DNA from: the human T2T-CHM13v2.0 reference genome, Homo sapiens
Strand: one strand, 5' to 3'
NCBI RefSeq assembly: GCF_009914755.1
Contig: NC_060926.1
Length of the DNA: 64,000 bases
A program made the position numbers and the translations under genes. Every line of letters starts with the position of its first letter. Position 1 is the first letter of the stretch. Below are positions 22,397 through 40,244 of the stretch, piece by piece. The notes under the pieces were generated by a model. It searched no databases. It was not told the origin of the DNA and saw only the letters and a list, made by a program, of their open reading frames with translations.

Positions 22397-23053
22397 TAGA
22401 TAAGTCTGAAGAAAAAAAATCCTTTGTCAGGTGAATTTGCATGGTGCCTTTGATACCAAAGAAGTATGTAGAAATATTAATAAAAATAAAAAACCTTCAG
22501 AAATCCTAGACATCATAATGCAAACAAAATTATCCATTATTATTTTGGTTTGTCCATTTTGTGTCTTGGACATATAGAAGATTAGGGCTTTAACCTTGGT
22601 TCTTGTTTTTTGATTATTTTTGAGAACATACTATCATCCCCTGTTTTGATTAATCCCAAAGAAGGAAGAAGCTCTAATAAAAGTATAATCTTTTCATTGT
22701 GTTAAATTTTGTTTCACTTATTTTTTTAAAGTATTTTAGATTATCCAGCTAGACTTGTTCTTTTTTAGTAGTAGTGCCAAAACTTTCAGTAAATAATACT
22801 GCAGAGGCTTTAGGGATGAAGACTTCCTTTTTCCTGTGTTATATTTTTGTTTGTTCAAGGAGACAGAATTGACCCTCTAGTTTTTTTAATTATTTAATTT
22901 ATAGTTATTTCTTTAAAACTTTTAAAAGTTTATTTCTATATATGTTTAATTTTTTAAACTGTTAAAAGTTCTGTGTATACTTTTTTTTTAGAAAAGTATT
23001 TTTTCTCAGTGTACCATATCATGCTCTTTACATTCTTTGCTTTTGGATTTTAG

Positions 23054-23103
23054 CTGTCGGTTACAATTGCATATTGAATATTACAACAAGGACTGCTAAC
23101 TCT
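23054..23103 (+). CDS. BBS5: BBS5 coding exon 4
   Basis: SVGYNCILNITTRTANS; 50 nt; donor gtaagt. Confidence 0.96.
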
Positions 23104-23216
23104 GTAAGTCTAAAAAATCTTATTGCAATATATATATAGTAAAGAAACTAGATATTTGAGATTGATGTTTGTTTTCACTATAAAGGAGAAATTGCTCTTA
23201 AAATCTGAACTTTTAA

Positions 23217-23414
<198 letters not shown>

Positions 23415-23421
23415 TAGACTG

Positions 23422-23887
23422 CAACAGTCCCCAACCTTTTTGGCACCAGGGACCAGTTTCATGGAAGACAGTTTTTCCACGAATTGGGTGAGGGTATGGT
23501 TTCAAGATGATTCAAGTGTATTACATTTATTGTGCACTTTATTTCTATTACTATTATATACTCACCATAATGTAGAATCAGTGGGAGCCCTGAGCTTGTT
23601 TTCCTGCAACTATATGGTCCCATCTGGGGTGATGGGAGACAATGACAGATCATCAGGCATTAAATTCTCATAAGGAGGGCACAGTCTAGATCCCTTGCAT
23701 GTGCAATTCACAGTAGGGTTTGCATTCCTATGAAAATCTAATGCCGCTGCTGATCTGACAGGAGGCAGAGCTCAGCTTTGCTTGCTCACTCACCCCCCAA
23801 CCACTCACCTCCTGCTGGGCAGCCTGGTTCCTAACAGGCCACTGACCAGTACCCATCTATCTGTGGCCAGGGGGTTTGGGACCCCTG
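23422..23887 (+). mobile_element. MER1A-like hAT-Charlie non-autonomous DNA transposon
   Basis: Ends caacagtccccaacc ... gggggtttgggacccctg; internal gctgatctgacaggaggcagagctcag. Confidence 0.75.
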
Positions 23888-24234
23888 TTTTAGAGAATAA
23901 AGCTTAGAAGTGTGGTACTGTCTTCCTCCAAGCTCTATTGTAAATATCAGGAAGATGTTGAGAACAACATGTTTTATTATTTAATAAACACTTTGAAGGT
24001 ATTTATAAAACACATAAAACTACTGAAGATTCATTAAAAATTTCTACTGACAACCAGATTAAATTAGCTACCAAGGTAGGTAAAGTGAAATAAAGAATTC
24101 ATTCAATATAGCTAAACAAGTTGCATAATTAATTAATTTAAAAGGTTATTTTTCTAGTAGGTAGAAGGCATGTTTGAGTGTTTTCCCTGAAGAGTTTTAT
24201 TGGTGTTTTGGTTTGTTTTAGGTTTGTGGCCTTT

Positions 24235-24855
<621 letters not shown>

Positions 24856-25097
24856 TTTTGTTTTTATATTTTTTCTTCTTGTTGTTTACTAAATTCTTCT
24901 CTTTTCACTACCTCGGCTTTTTTTCTTTTTTAAACAAGCCCTAAGTGCTATGATTTTTTTTAAGCTTTGCTAAGATGACAGGATATAGACACATAGGTAT
25001 GTGTATATATGTGTGTATATAATTGTTTAACTTGTATTTACCAGTGAGGTTGACATTTTTCATATATTTTTTGTATTTTTTGGCTTCTCATAAATTT

Positions 25098-25754
<657 letters not shown>

Positions 25755-25879
25755 AGGAAGCTAAATTTCTTAATTATACCCTTAGCTGTCATATATATTG
25801 CAAATATTATTTTTAGTTTCCTAGTTTATTTGATTTTTAATTTTATTGATGTTTTAGTCTATATAATGGCTTAATTTTT

Positions 25880-26420
25880 TAATTGAGATATAATTCACAT
25901 AAAATTTTACATAACAAAATTTACGATTTTAAAGTATACAGTTCAATAGTTTTAGTATATTCACAATACTGTTCAACTATTGCCAAGATCCAATTCCAGA
26001 ATATTTTCATCACTCCCAAAATAAATCCCTTACCCATAGCAGTCATTTCCCATTCCCTCCACTCCACAGCCCCTGATAACCTCTAACTTACTTTGTGTCT
26101 ATATGGATTTGCCTGTTCTGGAAATTTTATTTACATGGAATCATATAATATGTGGCCTTTTATGTCTGACCTCTTTCACTTACACAGTGTGTTCAAGGTC
26201 CATTCATGTTGTAGCATGTATCAGTAGTAGTAGTAGTTCATTCCTTTTTGTAGCTAAAGAATATTCCATTGTATGGGCATACCACATTTTGTTTATCCAT
26301 TCATGAGTTGATGGACATTTGGGTTTTTTACTTTTTAGCCATTATGAATAATGTTACTATGAACATTTGTGTATAAGTTTTGTGTCAACATCTGTTTTCA
26401 GTTCTCTTGGGCATATACCT
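25880..26420 (-). mobile_element. Old L1M fragment
   Basis: ttccagaatattttcatcactccc..., gatggacatttggg..., tctcttgggcatatacct. Confidence 0.75.
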
Positions 26421-27009
26421 AAACCTTAGCTCTTTATTTCACTGAGAGAAGTACTGTGAAATGAAAAGTTCTAAATGGAATATGAAGGGAACAGAAGCTG
26501 CTTTTCTTTAATAGTATTAAAAACACTATGTGCTTCCCCCCCAAAATAATTTATAGCATAAATAGTTTCTATTTCTTCCACTGGTTAAGTATTGATGATA
26601 ACAGCACTAAAGAAAATTAACATTTACAAGCAGAGTGCTAAAATTCTGCTCTTTCACAATTTAAATATTAGAAGATTAAAATAAAAATTAGAAGTTCAAC
26701 AATGAATATATGAATCTGTTGTTATTAAGGCTAAGAAAACTTTACTTTTGTTAAATAGGTAACTTAGCCTGTTTTATATGAAATATTAAAATTAATCAAA
26801 AGTTAATCAGGGTTTCTGTATTATCAATAGACATTGAAAAAGTTATAAGGATTTAATTCTCTTTCCCTCCCTCCCCCTGTCCTTTTTCCTCCCTCTTTCT
26901 CCCCCTCTCCCTCCCTGTTCTTCTCTTCCTCTTTCCCCCTTCTCCCCTTAGGGTCCCTTTTGGAATCAGTACAGATTCATTCTAGTTTTCTGTATAGAGG
27001 TAGACATGA

Positions 27010-27970
<961 letters not shown>

Positions 27971-28048
27971 AAAGAAATAAAAATATTAAAATGTATCATA
28001 ATTATTTGAGTAATGTTCATAAATACTAACAACTACATATTTTAGTAA

Positions 28049-28342
<294 letters not shown>

Positions 28343-28926
28343 TAAAATTAGCATTATAGGAAAGCGTATTACTTTTCAATAAGTACAAGTTAGGTTGATG
28401 ATAACATCCCTATTTTCTTTCAATACAATGAAATATCTGATAATCCTGGAATGTCTCCTTAATTAATGAATAAAAAATTTGCGGTGCTATGCTAGGTGGT
28501 AAAGATCTAACTATGGAACAGAGTAACTCCGCTCCTATCCTTATAAAGAATACAATCTAATGTATATTCATGGGGATTATTACATATGTTTTGTTTCTCT
28601 TACTACAACTCCTTTGCCTTAACCTATCCAAGGTTTTGAATAATAATTTTAGTAAGGTCTAACATTTAGGCACTGTGTTAGGATTGATTTACATGGGATA
28701 TTTAATCAGATCTCCATTTTACATTTGACAAAATACATCAAGAAGAAATTTCCCTATGGTCAGACAGTTGGTAGGTACTAATGGTTTAATGATTAGGCAG
28801 CCTGACTCCAAAGTCCAGGCTGTCACTCGTCTAATTGTACTGCCATCAATGAATGATGAAGTCATTGATACTCAATTTTGGTATTATTTGCTGCTGTAAT
28901 AAGTTATTCTGGTGATTAGAAAATAA

Positions 28927-29106
<180 letters not shown>

Positions 29107-29655
29107 TAATGTAAAATAAATATTTTTTGTTCAATAGTTAATTGGACTTTTAGATGAGTTCTTTCTCCCTTTTTTAAGTGGTAGCAGTTATTAGCTGAGA
29201 GCATATTTTAAAGATGCTGATAATTTACTATGAAATATTTCAATGTAGAAAAGATCCAATTGTACTGCATTCCAGAGAAGCAGCACCATTATCAACTTGC
29301 TATTAGAAGAGAAATATACTGGATTCTAAAAATTTAAATAGTAATACAGAGTAAGGTGTCTCTTGGATTCCATCCAGAGGGCTTTAGCTATTAAAGTTTT
29401 CTGTAACTTTTTCATGAGGCAGGTATGTGGTGCTTCCTTGGCATAGATTTAGCACACTGATCCACAGTTTTTCTTGGCTCTCTTGTCATTTTCTGCTCTA
29501 AAGCTTTTAAAAGCCAGAAGGAATTTATTAATTCTGCGAATGAACTGCTTTCATTGTATTTAGATACAGAATGTAATACAAGCTGGATTCATACCACAGG
29601 TTTAGTGAAAGGAATCAAGATGATTTTTAGTGATAATACTTTCAGCTTAAGTTCA

Positions 29656-29793
<138 letters not shown>

Positions 29794-30901
29794 TTAAAAA
29801 AAAAAAAAACTATGAAAATTCAAAATAAGAACTGACTATATCTGAGACCAGTTTGTTTTGGGAATAGGTAAAGATAGTTCTTTGTACTCTGCTGCTGCTA
29901 TGATAAATAAGTGACTCAGTGAAACAAACTGTAAACTTCAATACACTAAATAATTTTGTTTTATATAAACTACTTATAGAATTCTAGAACAAATTAGATG
30001 GAACATAAAAATAGTTAATGAAAATCCCATGAGATTATCCTATGATAATTGCCCTTATTGTAGGATATATAGTCTTAAGACTAAGGAGTTTTATTAATAT
30101 TTATTGAGTAGACAGAATGTATGTGATACCTGGAAAATACCGTTTTTAAGGAAAGAATTCCTGGCCCATGAGAAGAATAATTCTTTGCAAAATATTCCCA
30201 ACCCTATTTTTGGCTAAATTGTTTGATTTCAGAGTTTCTTTAAAATTTCTGATAATTCATTCATTTTTATGCCAAATTTTGAATACCTACTCTGTGCCAA
30301 GTGCTAGAGATACAATCATGAAAATCATGAACCAGTATACAGTTCCTGCCATCAAGGGGCTTTCAGTCTGTTGGAGAAAAGCAACATATTAAACAGAAAG
30401 CCATAGAATCTCATAGGAAGAAAATTATTTCTGGCTATCAAAAGGAATATAAGAGTTTGTAATCAAGGCTGGGACAATGTAACAAAATCTAGATAGGTAT
30501 TTGACAAATTGGTGTTTGTATTGCTATTGCTTTTTTATATTGCATTACATTAATGTGTTATAGCTTGCCTAACCTAACTTCTATTATGCTGAATAATTAC
30601 TGAGTAGTAAACAACCTTGTGCTTTCTGTTCTTTTTGTTATTTAAGAATAGAGTTGTCAAATATGGCGTCTGGAATTAATTCAAGTGGCCCAAACAACTT
30701 GCAATCTGATATCATCACAGTCTGTCACTGCGGCAGTCATAGTCTAACTTCAGCTCTACACCTCAGCCATTACCCTGACCCCACTCCTATAGATATTTAT
30801 ATCAGCTTCTTGCCAGTTTCTGTCTTACCAGCCTGTGTCACCCACAGACACCTGGTTAGATTACCTATTGAAAGCCAGAGTGCCAGTGTTCTGTGATTCT
30901 T

Positions 30902-31181
30902 TCTTTCCTTTTTAGACAGGGGTCTCACTCTGTCACCCAGGCTAGAGTACAGTGGCATGGTCTTGGCTTACTGCAACTGCTGCCTCCCAGGCTCAGGTGA
31001 TCCTCTCTCCTCAGCCTCCTGAACAGCTGGGACCACAGGCGTGCACAGCCACACCTGGCTAATTTTTTTGTAATTTTTGTAGAGACGGGGTTTCACCATG
31101 TTTCCCAGGCTGGTCTCAAATTCCTGAACTTAAGCAATCTGCCCACCTCAGCCTATATAGGCGTGAGCCCCCGCCCCTGGT
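30902..31181 (-). mobile_element. AluJ
   Basis: Antisense Alu with TSD cagtgttct(g/a)tgattctt. Confidence 0.85.
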
Positions 31182-31693
31182 CAGTGTTCTATGATTCTTA
31201 ACTGGGATTGTATATACTCTTGATGGGGTGTAAAGTAGCCCAGATGAAAGGCCAGGTTTTCGTAACAATTATCATCAAAGCCTTTCTTCTTTTTCTGAGT
31301 CTCTTTCTCAAAGTTGCCTATCTGTCTAGAAGCATGGTATCCCATCATCACCTGCCAGATTACCCTTCTCTGGGCTTTTGGTCTGCTGGTCATAGTGTTA
31401 GGTCCTCCGTGATTCTCCCCTACCCTGCCAGCAGGTACATTTTGTGTGACTTCTACAGGCCCTACCTGCCATTCTGCCTCTACTCTCCCCTTCTCCCAGG
31501 CCACTGGTTTCACCATCTATCTTCCACTAACCAAGCTTAGTCCTCACATCACATTTACCAGTTGATGTTAATTACACTTAATCTATCCCAACCTTCCTTG
31601 ATGTCTAGTGATAAATATTCAAACTTATTTTTAAAACTTAAATATTTTATATTAAACTTAAATAATTAAAATTATTTTTAAAACTTAGACTAC

Positions 31694-32159
<466 letters not shown>

Positions 32160-32866
32160 CTATGATGTAAGAAACAGAAGGCACATGTGACTTTAAAAAA
32201 CTAAACTAGGCTTAGGAGCTACAAAAGGCACGGCTTACCAAAACTAAAAGATTGCTAGCCTTTTGTTTAAAAGTTCAGTCTGGGCACTGTGGCTTATGCC
32301 TGTAACCCCAGCACTTTGGGAGACCAAGAAAGGAGGATTGCTTGAAGCCAGGAGTTCAAGATCAGCCTAGGCAGCATAGTGAGACCCCTATCTCTACAAA
32401 AAAGAAAAAATTAACTGGGCATGGTGACACATGCCTGTAGTCCTAGCTAATCAGGAGGCTGAGGCAGGAGGAGGATCCCTTAGCCCAGGAGTTTGAGGCT
32501 GTGGTGTGCTATGATCACACCATTGTAGTCTGGTCTGGGTGGCTGAATGAGACCTAATTAATTTAATTGTCTCTAATTTTTAAAAATGTTTACTCCCTGG
32601 AAGTGAGAAATATTTGAGTCCGGGAATTTTGTACATATTTCAGAGATGTCTTTCTTGTATTGCCTCTTAAAAGTTTGCCACCTATTTTCAGTATGAGTCT
32701 TGTTTCTTTTACTTGATCTCTGTGGCAGTTTAATGAAGGAAGGAGGGAGAATTCTGTTCTTTAGACTATGAAAAGTAAATACTGTGTAAAGTTTAAAAAC
32801 TGAGTTAAAGAGTCACTATTCAGTTAATAAAAACTTGCATGTTTTTCTTTTTCATTTTGTATCTAG

Positions 32867-32929
32867 CGTTCAATAAAGATTAGAGATTCAAAATTTGGTT
32901 TAGCTCTTGTCATAGAAAGCTCTCAGCAG
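32867..32929 (+). CDS. BBS5: BBS5 coding exon 8
   Basis: RSIKIRDSKFGLALVIESSQQ; 63 nt, phase 0/0. Confidence 0.96.
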
Positions 32930-33775
32930 GTAAGATCTTGTATATTTTTATTAATCTTTGATTTTTAAAACTATGTGACAGTCTAGATTTTTGGTTTTAT
33001 TTATATAGTAATCAGTTTACATCTGAGAAGAATATTAGCTTTAATATGAAGTTATATATGAAGTGTTTGAAGTCATACAGAAATTGTCCCCAGAGGAAGA
33101 ATCCTGCTTATATTTTTTTGTTGGACAGACATGATCATTTGTGATCATCACTTATTATTAATGACAGAATCAAGTCATTGTGCCGAGGGCTTTTCATGCA
33201 TTATCTCAATCTTTACACAATCCTACGATACAGCTACTATTTTTCCCCCATTTTATAGTCAAGGGAACTGAGGCTTTGAGAAGTTAGGAACCTTGACCAT
33301 GATCTCACAACTAGTAAGTGATGGGGCTAAGTTTTGATCTCAAGTCTGACTGATTTACCAAGACTGTCTTTGAGAAACACAAACATATATTTGTGTACAC
33401 ACACACAGTTTGAGGTCTTATATTCTCACACACAGATTATATGCTAATTATAATCTGTTATGCTCCATTATGCCAGGTTTTTGCAGAAATACATTTAAAT
33501 AAAACATGCTGGTCTCATGATAGTAGGTTTCACTGGCTAAGAAAAATTTTAAATACATTTTTAAAAGTGATTTATAAAATTACTTATCATCTACATTCTA
33601 AATTTAAACATGAATGTCTGCTTACTCCTTTCTCCTGGCCTACAGCTGCCATTTATTGAGTATTTACTCTGTTCCAAGAACTATACCAAATGTCATATAT
33701 ATGTTTATCTTATTTTATATGACAACTGGATAACCATTTTATGGTTAGAAAATTGAGGCTTAGAAAGGTTAAGGA

Positions 33776-34087
<312 letters not shown>

Positions 34088-34725
34088 CTAAGTATCCTAC
34101 AGCTAGTGAATTAGTGGTAGAACCAGAATTTGAACATTAAAAGCGTGTGCTCTTAACCCAGAACATATACTCTCACCTATTACAGTATGCTACTTAGTTT
34201 TTTAACACTCCTTTCAAAACACTGTATCATGGCCCAGTTTCTTTCCTAATTCTTCAAGGAGATAGCCTCAGATGGCCCATTTCCTTTCTTCTTTTCGTGT
34301 AGTCTGTTCCTTTTCAAGGCCTAGTTCAAGAAAAACTTAGTTCCCTTGGCCTTCACAGTCTACAGTGTATTTTTTAAATCTTGAAAGGTTACCTTTGATA
34401 TTTCAGATGAACTTATATTTGAATACACTTCAAAATAAGCCTGCGTTGGGGGAATGGTGTTCAGGTGAGGGCGAGGTTACAGATGAAACAGGGTTGTCCA
34501 CATGTTGCTGCTTCTTGAAGCTGGATGATGGCTCCGTGGAGGCCCCCTTGTGCTCTTCTGTTTTTGTATGTGCTTGAAATTTTTCATAATAAAAAGTTTA
34601 ATTGAAAAAATGAACTTACGTATTATGCTCTAAAATAAGGACAAATTGAGCTATAATTTATCTTATACTATAAATACTGTTCTTCAGACTTGTTGGGTTT
34701 TTTTTTATTATTTTTTCTCTTGTAG

Positions 34726-34869
<144 letters not shown>

Positions 34870-35444
34870 TGAGTATGTGAAATAAAGTTTGCATTGCTTT
34901 ATGCAGTCTATAAAATTCAGATGTAGATACCACTGTGCACCATTTAATTTTGAACTGTTTTTAAAATGGTGAATATACAGATTCTGCTCAAGTGGGCATA
35001 GCTCCTGGATTATCACTAATTTGTACCTACCACCTGTCTTCTAAGTGGCTGCTTCATCATTCATTCCTGCCCCGCATACCTGCCCTTGTAGGTGGGCAGC
35101 CACCTGAGTAAATTTCCATGTGCAGTGCTCCTCTGATACAGACTTGAGTCTCTCACTCTGTCAGATTTTTATTTTACTTCAGCCCCCTATGAGCATGGAC
35201 AAACCTTATAGTCCTCATGAATACCGTCTTCTGCCTTAGTACTCCACAATATAGCAACTCCAGGAGTAGGCTACATCAGCACGGCCTGCATCCATTCCTG
35301 TTGATCTGTACCTCTGCCATATCAGTTATGAAGTATTTTGCATATCCTGCCCACATGTCTGCTCTTTGTCTTCTTCATGATTTCTTTCCTGGTTGCTGCT
35401 ACTATTCCCTGCTCTCCAGGTACATGAGCTCTCTTTTGGCTTCA

Positions 35445-35822
35445 TTTGTCTCTCCAGCTGGGACCCTCATCATCCAGTCTATCAGTGATTTCCTCACTAC
35501 CTACTCCATTAGAGGTGTCCTTACTGTCCACTCTATCACCAGTACCCTTGCTAGAGGCGCTAGCTCTGATGTACTTGCTGTCCCCTCTATTGTTGGTGCC
35601 CCCCACTGTCTGCTCTATCACTGGGACAGTCACTCACCATTCTGTCAGAGGTGCTCTTTCCATTTGCTCCACTGCCATTGCCCTTGCTGTCCTCTCTGTC
35701 CTGGTCCCATCACTGATCACTCGATTGTAGACTCCCTTGCTGTCTGTTCTTTTACTGGCACCCTCATTATGCACTCTATTGTTGGTGCCCTTGCCGTTTA
35801 CTTTATAATCGGTGCCCCTGCT
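35445..35822 (-). repeat. Degenerate 27-bp tandem repeat, 14 copies (9-aa unit, about S-K/E-G-T-x-D/N-R-V-D)
   Basis: Minus-strand units such as agcaagggtactggtgatagagtggac and ggcaagggcaccaacaatagagtgcat; total 378 nt = 14 x 27. Confidence 0.85.
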
Positions 35823-36685
35823 GGGGCTTGGCATGCTGATCCATATCACAGCCATTACTTATATCTCTTCTTCTGCTCTTGGACTACAGCATGTGACTTT
35901 AGTGAGGCCCTTGTTGCCTGGTAGTGCTCCTTGTACTTAATTTTTTCTCTCCCTGTCGAATTCCATATATTTCTCCTTCTAGCTAAAACTTGCATCTGGG
36001 TTTCTGACATTGTATTACATACACGGTATGTATTTCATCATCTGAACCATCCTTTCTTTTTCTTCCCAACATGCTCTTCTTTCAGCAGTCTCCCTTTCAC
36101 TCTGCCTTCTCTGTATATTCCTTGGTAATATCACCTGCTCGTTCAGCTTCTTCAACTTGTACTTTTGTGGATGACTGTAGATCTTTCCTTCTGACCTTGA
36201 CATATTCTTTCAGCTTATGGTTCCAAATACCCTTGAATATTTTCATATAGTTGAGCATCCCAAATGCTACGAGTGGAATTTCTTATTTCAGATTTATCTT
36301 AGTAATTTAAATAATTATGCAAGTCAATAAGATACACCAGGACTTGGATGAGCATCTCAAACTTGGCATACCTAAAACTGGCCTCCTCATCTTTTTCTCA
36401 AAAGCAGCAACCTGCTGATTTATTGATTTGTTTACTTATATATTTTTGGCACTGTCAAAGTCAGCTGTACTCAAAACTTTGAAGTATTCCTTCATTTTCC
36501 CATTATCTCATTTTACACTTTCAGTCATACCAGTCTCTTCCCTGTTTCTAGTTATTACTCTTCTTTGTAGAATAATGTTGCAGAACAAGCATGGTCCTTA
36601 GAACCTGACTTTCAATCCCAGTTTCATCATTTATTTGTGATCCTAGGCAAATCTGAGCTTCAGTTTTCTCAAAATTGATATAGGG

Positions 36686-36995
36686 CTAGCCACGGTGGCT
36701 TATGCTTGTAATCCCAGCATTTTGGAGCAGCCGAGGTGGGAGAATCACGTGAGGCCAGGAGTTTGAGACCAGCCTCAACATAATAAGACAACATAGTGAC
36801 ACCCTGTCTCTACTAAATTTTTTTTAAATTTTAAAAACCAGGTGTGGTGGTGCCGGCCTGTAGTCTTAACTACTCCGGAGGCTGAGATGGGAGGATTGCT
36901 TGAGGTCAGGAGTTTGAGGCTGCAGTGAGCTATGATCATGCCATTGCACTGCAGCAATGACCTATCTCTTAAAGCAAGACCTTATCTCTTAAAAA
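36686..36995 (+). mobile_element. AluJ
   Basis: Diverged sense Alu. Confidence 0.8.
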
Positions 36996-38307
36996 AATAA
37001 AAGAGAAAAACAGACATAATCTTTCTTACAAAGTTATTGATCATGTCCATTAAATGCCTGGCACATGGGAGATGCTTGATAGGTTAGTTGCCCTACGCAT
37101 TCTCTAATTTTCGTTTGTTCTCTTCTCCTGTTCTTTGACCCCAGTATATAATAGCAGCTAGCTGTAATAGCTCACTGTCTCACCTCATGTGAGTCCCTAC
37201 TCAAATGCCATCTCTTCAGGATCTTCCCTGACTATTCTTCTAAAACAGCAACTCCCATCACTTTATTCTGCTTGCTTACTTTCTCTCTCCTTCCTCCCTT
37301 CCTTTCAGAATTAATCAGCCTCCTCCACTATAAATGATCTCCCTGAAGTCAGCGATTTTTGTCTGCTTAATGGCTATATCTCCAGCAGTCAAAACTAGCA
37401 CACGATAGGCTCTTAGTGAATATTCATAGTTGTTGGATGACTGTGTTAAACATCTGCTGTTTGTCATTCACTGCTCTAAGCACTTTATATGCACCATCAC
37501 ATTTAATCTTCCCAACAATACTGTGAGGCATATTATTATTATCCTTATCCCACAGTTAAGGAGACTGAGGCTTAGTTAATTTACTTGCACATAGTCACAC
37601 AACTCTGAGCGTGGTTGAAACACTAAGGCTATCCTCAGCTTTGTTATAACTGCTTTTTGTAGGTTGAAGCATATAATAGTGTTGATATTTTATCATTTTG
37701 ACTGATAAAAAATGGCAGTTTCTTTTGGTTCAACATAATATTTAGTTATCGGTCATTGTGTCTTATATTTTCCTCTACTCAGTAAATTATAAACCCTTTG
37801 TGAGTAAGGGTAGGATTTTATAACCCTTGGTACTACTGGCATAGTACCTAATATAACAAAGGGGATATTCAAACATTTGAAAAATGAACAAATAAATAAG
37901 TGTTAGTTCTACATTTTATTCTTTACCTTTAGAATATTCCATAAAAATATTAGTTCTTTTACTTTTCACAAATTCTATATAATGACTATTCTGAGGAAAA
38001 CTGAACATTTGCTGTTATGCAAAACTTAGTTTTTCTAAATAATGTGAAAGAAATGTGAAAGTCAAGTCAGAGTTTTTTCTTTAAAGATATCTGAGTATCT
38101 TAAGTATGTGTAAATTTCTCTTTCTGGTTCTTTTCGTGATGCTGACTTCAGATATGAAAGTTTAGGTTTAATTGATTAGTTTTATTACTTGTTAGTTTTT
38201 TAATAAAATAACAAATTATACCGTGATTTTTATAAGACTTTAGTAGTTTGTAATTGTTATTTTAACAGTATTTGCAGTTCTCATGGTACATTTAATATTG
38301 TCTCTGA

Positions 38308-38511
<204 letters not shown>

Positions 38512-39542
38512 TGAGATTTTGATGGTGTCTTAAACCTGAGTTTGAAGATAATATTTTTAGTGAGGGATTTCTTTTGTGACGATAACTTTTAAATTACCAA
38601 AATCAGAAATACTTTGAGGCCAGGTGCAGTGGCTCACACCTGTAAGCCCGGCACTTTGGAAGGCCGAGGTAGACTGATCGCTTGAGAGGATAGGAGTTTA
38701 AGACCAACCTGGCCAACATGGCAAAAATCCATTTCTATAAAAAAAGAAAAAAAAGGAAAGAAATGCTTTGAAAACACAGTTATTCAGAGGATTTTAGGAT
38801 TTTAGATATCTAAAGTTTTTTCATACTGTGAATAGAACATGTTAAATATTGTTAATTAAATTAATTTAAAATCTATACTTAATTTTTATGAAATGTTCAT
38901 CTCTTAATTTATAGGGATCTTGTTTTGAAATGGACATGTATTTGAACAATAGCTTTCCTATTTCCAAATTGGTATCATTTAACTTATAGCCAAAATAATA
39001 GTGCTTTCTCCATTCTATGGCTATGAATCTGACTAGAATACCTGTCTGGTAACAAATACTTTGAAACAAAGGTGTGAAATTAGTATAAAATAATTATAAA
39101 CTACTACTGCCTCAAACTGTATGCATCTGCTGACACATTGAAGTACTTGTTTTGTTTTGCCAGTATCATCTTCTAAACCAAATGTAGGGAAGAAATTGTA
39201 TAGCTTCTAAGTCATTCTTTTTCTTTTCTTTTTTTCTCTTTTTTACCTGTTTCTTGCCACATGATGATTAAGTCATTCTTTTTTATCTCCTTTCAAGTTA
39301 ACAGTGATAATCATACATTACAAAGCACATTTTTTACAACTTAAGGTATAACTCTTGTAGACATGAACAGAGTGAATTCTGCTACCAGCATTGTAGAGAT
39401 AGGTGAAAAAAACATTACACAGTAACAGAATGTGAAATACATTTAGTTATAAAATCATTCTGCATATTAAGTTCCTTAGCCCACTGATCTATTCGAATAT
39501 TATATGTCCAGTTTGTGAAATAGAATTTTCTTTGTCTTACAG

Positions 39543-39566
39543 GCTTATTTTGCTGATGGCAATAAG
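39543..39566 (+). CDS. BBS5: BBS5 coding exon 11 (24-nt microexon)
   Basis: ttacag|AYFADGNK|gtaagg. Confidence 0.95.
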
Positions 39567-39570
39567 GTAA

Positions 39571-39822
<252 letters not shown>

Positions 39823-39991
39823 TTGACCTTGAGTTGAGATGGATTTCTATTAAAGATATCTCTAGTTTAAAGATACTAGTCACCTGCCATAAGTCATGGA
39901 ATAGTTTTTATATTTACAGCTTTTATATTTAAAACTTGTAAGAGTTTTTTTAATGATTGAGGAAAAAGTCATTTAGAAAACTTCAGTTTTC

Positions 39992-40244
39992 GGCCAGCGC
40001 GTCGAGGGAGGGGCCAGCGACACATGGCCTAGTAACCGTCCGGCCGCGGCGCTGGCTTAAGCCATGGCTGAGGGTAGCTGGATTCCTCAGGCCCGGGCGC
40101 TCCTACAGCAGTGCCTGCACGCCCGGCTGCAAATTCGCCCAGCCGATGGGGACGTCGCGGCCCAGTGGGTGGAGGTCCAAAGAGGACTGGTGATCTACGT
40201 GTGCTTTTTCAAGGGAGCTGATAAAGAACTTCTTCCCAAAATGG
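39992..40244 (+). pseudogene. DTD2: Intronless 5' fragment of DTD2 (D-aminoacyl-tRNA deacylase 2) carried by an SVA
   Basis: gccATGg at 40064; [60 protein letters not shown] matches the recalled DTD2 N-terminus; lies inside the insertion TSDs. Confidence 0.88.

Noticed and set aside
35217-35924. 235-aa plus-strand ORF in BBS5 intron 9 as a novel gene
   Set aside because: Better explained as the antisense shadow of the minus-strand 27-bp repeat; no recognisable domain.
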